Position numbers and translations under genes: made by a program. DNA of 37,806 nt from a virus (taxonomy: Duplodnaviria; Caudoviricetes): positions 1 to 37,806 of the IMG/VR virus record IMGVR_UViG_3300037484_000721; one strand, written 5' to 3'. Each line of letters begins with the position of its first letter. Position 1 is the stretch's first letter. Below are positions 34,839 through 37,806 of the stretch, in pieces. A model generated the notes under the pieces. It was not told the origin of the DNA. It saw only the letters and a program-made list of their open reading frames with translations, and did not search any database.

Positions 34839-35065
34839 TCTATCCGTGGTTTGCAAGGAATAATTCTAGTAGGGCTATTGCCAAAACGTCCCATGGGGCG
34901 TATCTGCCGCTCCATGGGGCTGGGGCGAATTGGCGTACTTGTGTGCGACTCCCTCGGTGGCGTGCCGTGGGCACTCCTTGATGACCGCGTGTTTGTCGAG
35001 GACACAGGGTCGGAGAGCAGCAACCTGGCGGTCGCTAGGGCGGCGCTGGCGACCCAAAATAAAAA

Positions 35066-35116
35066 TAACATGGCGTTATTTTTTCTCTTGACCAAAAAAT
35101 AACGGTGCGTTAATAT
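35066..35116 (+). promoter_or_regulatory. Rightward early promoter with two operators
   Basis: TTGACC(35088)-17 nt-TAATAT(35111); operators TAACATGGCGTTA (35066-35078) and TAACGGTGCGTTA (35100-35112). Confidence 0.8.
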
Positions 35117-35149
35117 CCTCCTGTAGCTAATCAAGCTCAGGAGGACCCC

Positions 35150-35509
35150 ATGTTTACGCACCAGCCAGACCGCCCACTCTGCCTAAAAGGCCCCAACTGC
35201 CCCGATTACGAAGACCACGGCTATAACGAGCAGGTAGACCGCTTCACCGGCCTGTGCGCCCGTTGCCTCGCCCCGGTGCTAGCCGAGCGGGTCGTCGGGC
35301 TAACGAGCGACTACGACAACACGGCAGCCGACATGCTGCACGCGGCGCTTGACGGTGAGCACGGCACGGAGCTGGTGCAGGCGATGATTGATGCGCAGCC
35401 GCGGCTCGCGAAGCCGATACAGCGGGTGGTCGAGTCGCTGGCTCAGCCGTCGTTTGGCGACCTTGATGCGAAGCTCGCGGAAATCAGCGCGATGGTGGGT
35501 GGCAAATGA
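35150..35509 (+). CDS. Hypothetical early protein
   Basis: AGGAGG RBS; first gene after the promoter. Confidence 0.7.
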   Translation: MFTHQPDRPLCLKGPNCPDYEDHGYNEQVDRFTGLCARCLAPVLAERVVGLTSDYDNTAADMLHAALDGEHGTELVQAMIDAQPRLAKPIQRVVESLAQPSFGDLDAKLAEISAMVGGK

Positions 35510-35766
35510 GTAGCACCGTCACCTGTCACAAATGCAAATCCCAGTGGGACGAGCAAGCATTTGACGCCCTCCCATGGCCAAGCGGCGCCAAGACCGAAGC
35601 CGACTGCGACATGCTAGTGCCGGCCGGGAGCAACCCGCGCACGGACCCAGCGTACAAGCTGCGGCAACGCAACTGCTCGTGCGGCTCAACGCTGTCGCGC
35701 ATCACCGACATCTATCAGCGAAACCTAGGTGGCTTCGTCATGGCGCCAGACGGGTGGAGAATTTAG
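35506..35766 (+). CDS. Hypothetical zinc-binding protein
   Basis: CHKC...RNCSCGSTL; ATGA coupling. Confidence 0.65.
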   Translation: MSSTVTCHKCKSQWDEQAFDALPWPSGAKTEADCDMLVPAGSNPRTDPAYKLRQRNCSCGSTLSRITDIYQRNLGGFVMAPDGWRI

Positions 35767-35934
35767 ATGTTAGCCCACTCCCAATACACCCGCCGCGAAT
35801 ATGACGCCCACCGCGACCGCATGCTCTGCGAGTACGAGCGCCGAGTCGCACAATGGCGCCGGCGGAAATTCTGGCGAGAGGCGTTTATCACGGCGCTGTG
35901 CGTGTTCGCGGCGCTGATTGTGTTGGTGATGTGA
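35767..35934 (+). CDS. Small membrane protein (55 aa, MLAHSQY...)
   Basis: Translated by hand; C-terminal TM segment; TGATG coupling to the nuclease. Confidence 0.55.
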   Translation: MLAHSQYTRREYDAHRDRMLCEYERRVAQWRRRKFWREAFITALCVFAALIVLVM

Positions 35935-36866
35935 TGAGCGTGCAACAATTCGATCGCCCGGTCGGGCCTGTCGGCACGGCGCATTCTGCGTCGGGTCAGC
36001 AAACCGTATATGTACCTCCTGCCGGGCGGTCGAGCGGCTCACTGGTCTATGACTTGCCGTTTGAGGAGTACATCACCCTGGACGGCGAGCACGCGACTGG
36101 CCTCAAGGACGTGCTCGTGTCGCCGCTGCTCTACCATCGCAAGCGCCAGCTGCCGCGCGTCGACAGAGATGCCATGCGCGTGGGCCGGGCAACGCACACC
36201 TCGATCCTTGAGCCCGACAGGTTCGCGCTCGATCACGCGGTATGGCGCGCCAAGGACGGACGTCGCGGAACGAAAGTGCACAAGGCGTTTGCCGAGGCGA
36301 ACACCGGCCGCACGCTGCTCACCGAGGCGCAGTACAACACGGCTCTTGCCGTGCGCAATTCAGTCCGCAACCACGCCGTGGCGAGCAAGCTTCTGGCGTC
36401 GTGCAAGCCGGAGGTCACCGTGCAGTGGTCCATTGGCGATGTCAAATGCAAGAGCCGGTTCGACCTGCTCGGCAGCTGCCTTGTCGACATCAAGACCACG
36501 CGCAATCCGGCGCCCGGCAGATTCTCAAGCGACGCGGCTCGCCTGGCCTACGCGCTGCAAATGGGATTTTACTACGACGCGGCCTTGGCTGCGACAGGCG
36601 AAGCGTTGCCGGTGAAAATCATCGCAGCACAGAACGTCGAGCCGTTTGACGTTGTGGTCTACGACCTGCCCGACGACGTGATCAACCTCGGGCGCGACCA
36701 ATACCGCGCAGCGCTCGAAACGTTACTCGAATGCCGGCGCACAAATACGTGGCCCGGCATTGCACCGAGCGAGGAGATAACCTTGCACCTTCCAGCATGG
36801 GCGACGCCCGAGGCTGAAGAAGAGCAATTAACCATGAACGGCGTCGCGCTGTTCGGTGAGGAGTGA
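35934..36866 (+). CDS. RecE/exonuclease VIII-like PD-(D/E)XK nuclease (DUF3799-type)
   Basis: GRATHTSILEP, EVTV, CKSRFD...VDIKTT, YALQMGFY. Confidence 0.85.
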   Translation: MSVQQFDRPVGPVGTAHSASGQQTVYVPPAGRSSGSLVYDLPFEEYITLDGEHATGLKDVLVSPLLYHRKRQLPRVDRDAMRVGRATHTSILEPDRFALDHAVWRAKDGRRGTKVHKAFAEANTGRTLLTEAQYNTALAVRNSVRNHAVASKLLASCKPEVTVQWSIGDVKCKSRFDLLGSCLVDIKTTRNPAPGRFSSDAARLAYALQMGFYYDAALAATGEALPVKIIAAQNVEPFDVVVYDLPDDVINLGRDQYRAALETLLECRRTNTWPGIAPSEEITLHLPAWATPEAEEEQLTMNGVALFGEE

Positions 36867-36869
36867 GTT

Positions 36870-37304
36870 ATGGCGAAGGAATCAAAGCTAGCTGACTACA
36901 ATCATGTCGACTTGCTGTTTCCTAGTAAGTACCTGAAAGCGGCGGACCTGCGGGGCAAGACCGTGACCGTGGTGATTGAGAGCATCGACCCGCGCGGCGA
37001 GTTGCAGATGCGCGGCGGCAAGAAGGAAAAGAAGCCGATCGTGCACCTGCGCGGCAAGGACAAGGCGTGGGTCCTAAATATCACGAACGCGCGCGCAATC
37101 GCCGCCATCCACGGACCCGAGGTTACGGGCTGGATAGGCAAGGCAGTGACCATCGCCGGACGGCTCGTGCAGTTCGGCGGCAAAGAGGTTGACGCTGTGC
37201 GCGTTGTGGGTGCTCCGGATGGGGCGGCTGATGATGAACCCGAGCACGACGCGAACACCGGCGAGGTCGTCGACGAAGCGCGCGAACCAGGCAGCGAAGG
37301 TTAG
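36870..37304 (+). CDS. Putative ssDNA-binding/annealing protein
   Basis: FPSKYLKAADL...LNITNA...WIGK...FGG; acidic C-terminal tail; directly after the exonuclease. Confidence 0.55.
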   Translation: MAKESKLADYNHVDLLFPSKYLKAADLRGKTVTVVIESIDPRGELQMRGGKKEKKPIVHLRGKDKAWVLNITNARAIAAIHGPEVTGWIGKAVTIAGRLVQFGGKEVDAVRVVGAPDGAADDEPEHDANTGEVVDEAREPGSEG

Positions 37305-37310
37305 CCACTC

Positions 37311-37372
37311 GATCAGCAGCCAAGGATTCGGATTGTTCACCAACCCCCTTGCCTGGTCCTTGGTTGCTGGTC
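37311..37372 (+). other. 16-bp intergenic RNA stem-loop
   Basis: GATCAGCAGCCAAGGA / TCCTTGGTTGCTGGTC; both non-Watson-Crick positions are G-U on the + strand. Confidence 0.65.
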
Positions 37373-37388
37373 AATTTGCGAGGATGAG

Positions 37389-37806
37389 ATGAAACGCATC
37401 GACAAACTAACCGACGCGCAAATCGCGCAATTTCCAGAGTTCGTGCGCAAGTGGAACGACATCGGCCTGTCAACCGCACCGGCCGACCGAGTTGCGGCCG
37501 AGCGCGCGATTATCGAATCATACGCGGCTGCCGGACTTTCTCCGCCGAAGAAAATCGTTTGGTGTGGATCGCCGTTGTCGCAAGGATTGACGCGCGCGGT
37601 TGTCGTTGATAAGCGGCTTGCGACCGAGATCGGCCAGAGCGTCAGTGCCAGCGTCAGTGACAGCGTCAGTGCCAGCGTCTGGGACAGCGTCAGTGCCAGC
37701 GTCTGGGCCAGCGTCGGGGACAGCGTCAGTGCCAGCGTCTGGGCCAGCGTCGGGGCCAGCGTCAGTGCCAGCGTCTGGGACAGCGTCAGGGACAGCGTCA
37801 GGGACA
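37389..37806 (+). CDS. DUF6745-like protein, N-terminal part (continues at position 2)
   Basis: MKRIDKLTDAQ...KWNDIGLSTAPADRVAAE...YAAAGLSPPKKIVWCGSP then SVxD/A repeats running off the end. Confidence 0.85.
   Translation, partial: MKRIDKLTDAQIAQFPEFVRKWNDIGLSTAPADRVAAERAIIESYAAAGLSPPKKIVWCGSPLSQGLTRAVVVDKRLATEIGQSVSASVSDSVSASVWDSVSASVWASVGDSVSASVWASVGASVSASVWDSVRDSVRD
37638..37806 (+). repeat. 12-bp tandem repeat, about 14 units, same family as 1-271
   Basis: Seen directly. Confidence 0.97.

Larger units (their letters stand above)
1..37806. mobile_element. Near-complete temperate phage genome (P22-like podovirus morphogenesis), excised/virion form opened within a repeat
   Basis: Terminases, portal, capsid, ejection, lysis, replication, immunity and integrase modules present; attP is internal; the gene starting at 37389 continues at position 2; no host housekeeping genes seen. 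Confidence 0.93.

Noticed and set aside
34851-35102. 83-aa ORF as an ImmA/IrrE-like antirepressor protease
   Set aside because: No HExxH motif, weak start, and it runs over the operators and promoter.
37740-37806. Exact terminal direct repeat with the window start
   Set aside because: Same repeat family, but the order of unit variants does not give a long exact overlap; best read as an assembly break.

Overview
The window looks like an essentially complete, circularly opened genome of a GC-rich temperate tailed phage with a P22-like (podovirus) virion. Both ends fall inside one gene, a DUF6745-like protein, broken in a 12-bp tandem repeat. Modules are: (i) a lambdoid immunity region (cro-like 33632-33859, cI-like 33952-34350, TAACGnnnCGTTA operators over two sigma70-type promoters); (ii) a rightward early operon wrapping through the ends (RecE-like nuclease, putative SSB/annealing protein, DUF6745 pair, Ead/Ea22-like, HNH, excisionase, tyrosine integrase, attP, C5 methyltransferase); (iii) a leftward operon (amino-methyltransferase, D5-like SF3 helicase, iteron-type origin, VRR-NUC, terminases); (iv) a late region split into two divergent arms: scaffold, DUF4043-type capsid, gp4/gp10-like, ejection and lysis genes leftward, and fibre-like paralogues, portal and adaptor rightward. 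Most notable: five virion-module genes with Sec-type signal peptides plus a Cys-rich lipoprotein, suggesting a periplasmic route for virion appendages; a secreted/cytoplasmic paralogue pair; an attP carrying the 5' (not 3') half of tRNA-Arg(CCG); and an M.EcoHK31I-like methyltransferase with motif IX in an overlapping frame. All calls come from motif recognition by eye; no database searches were run.
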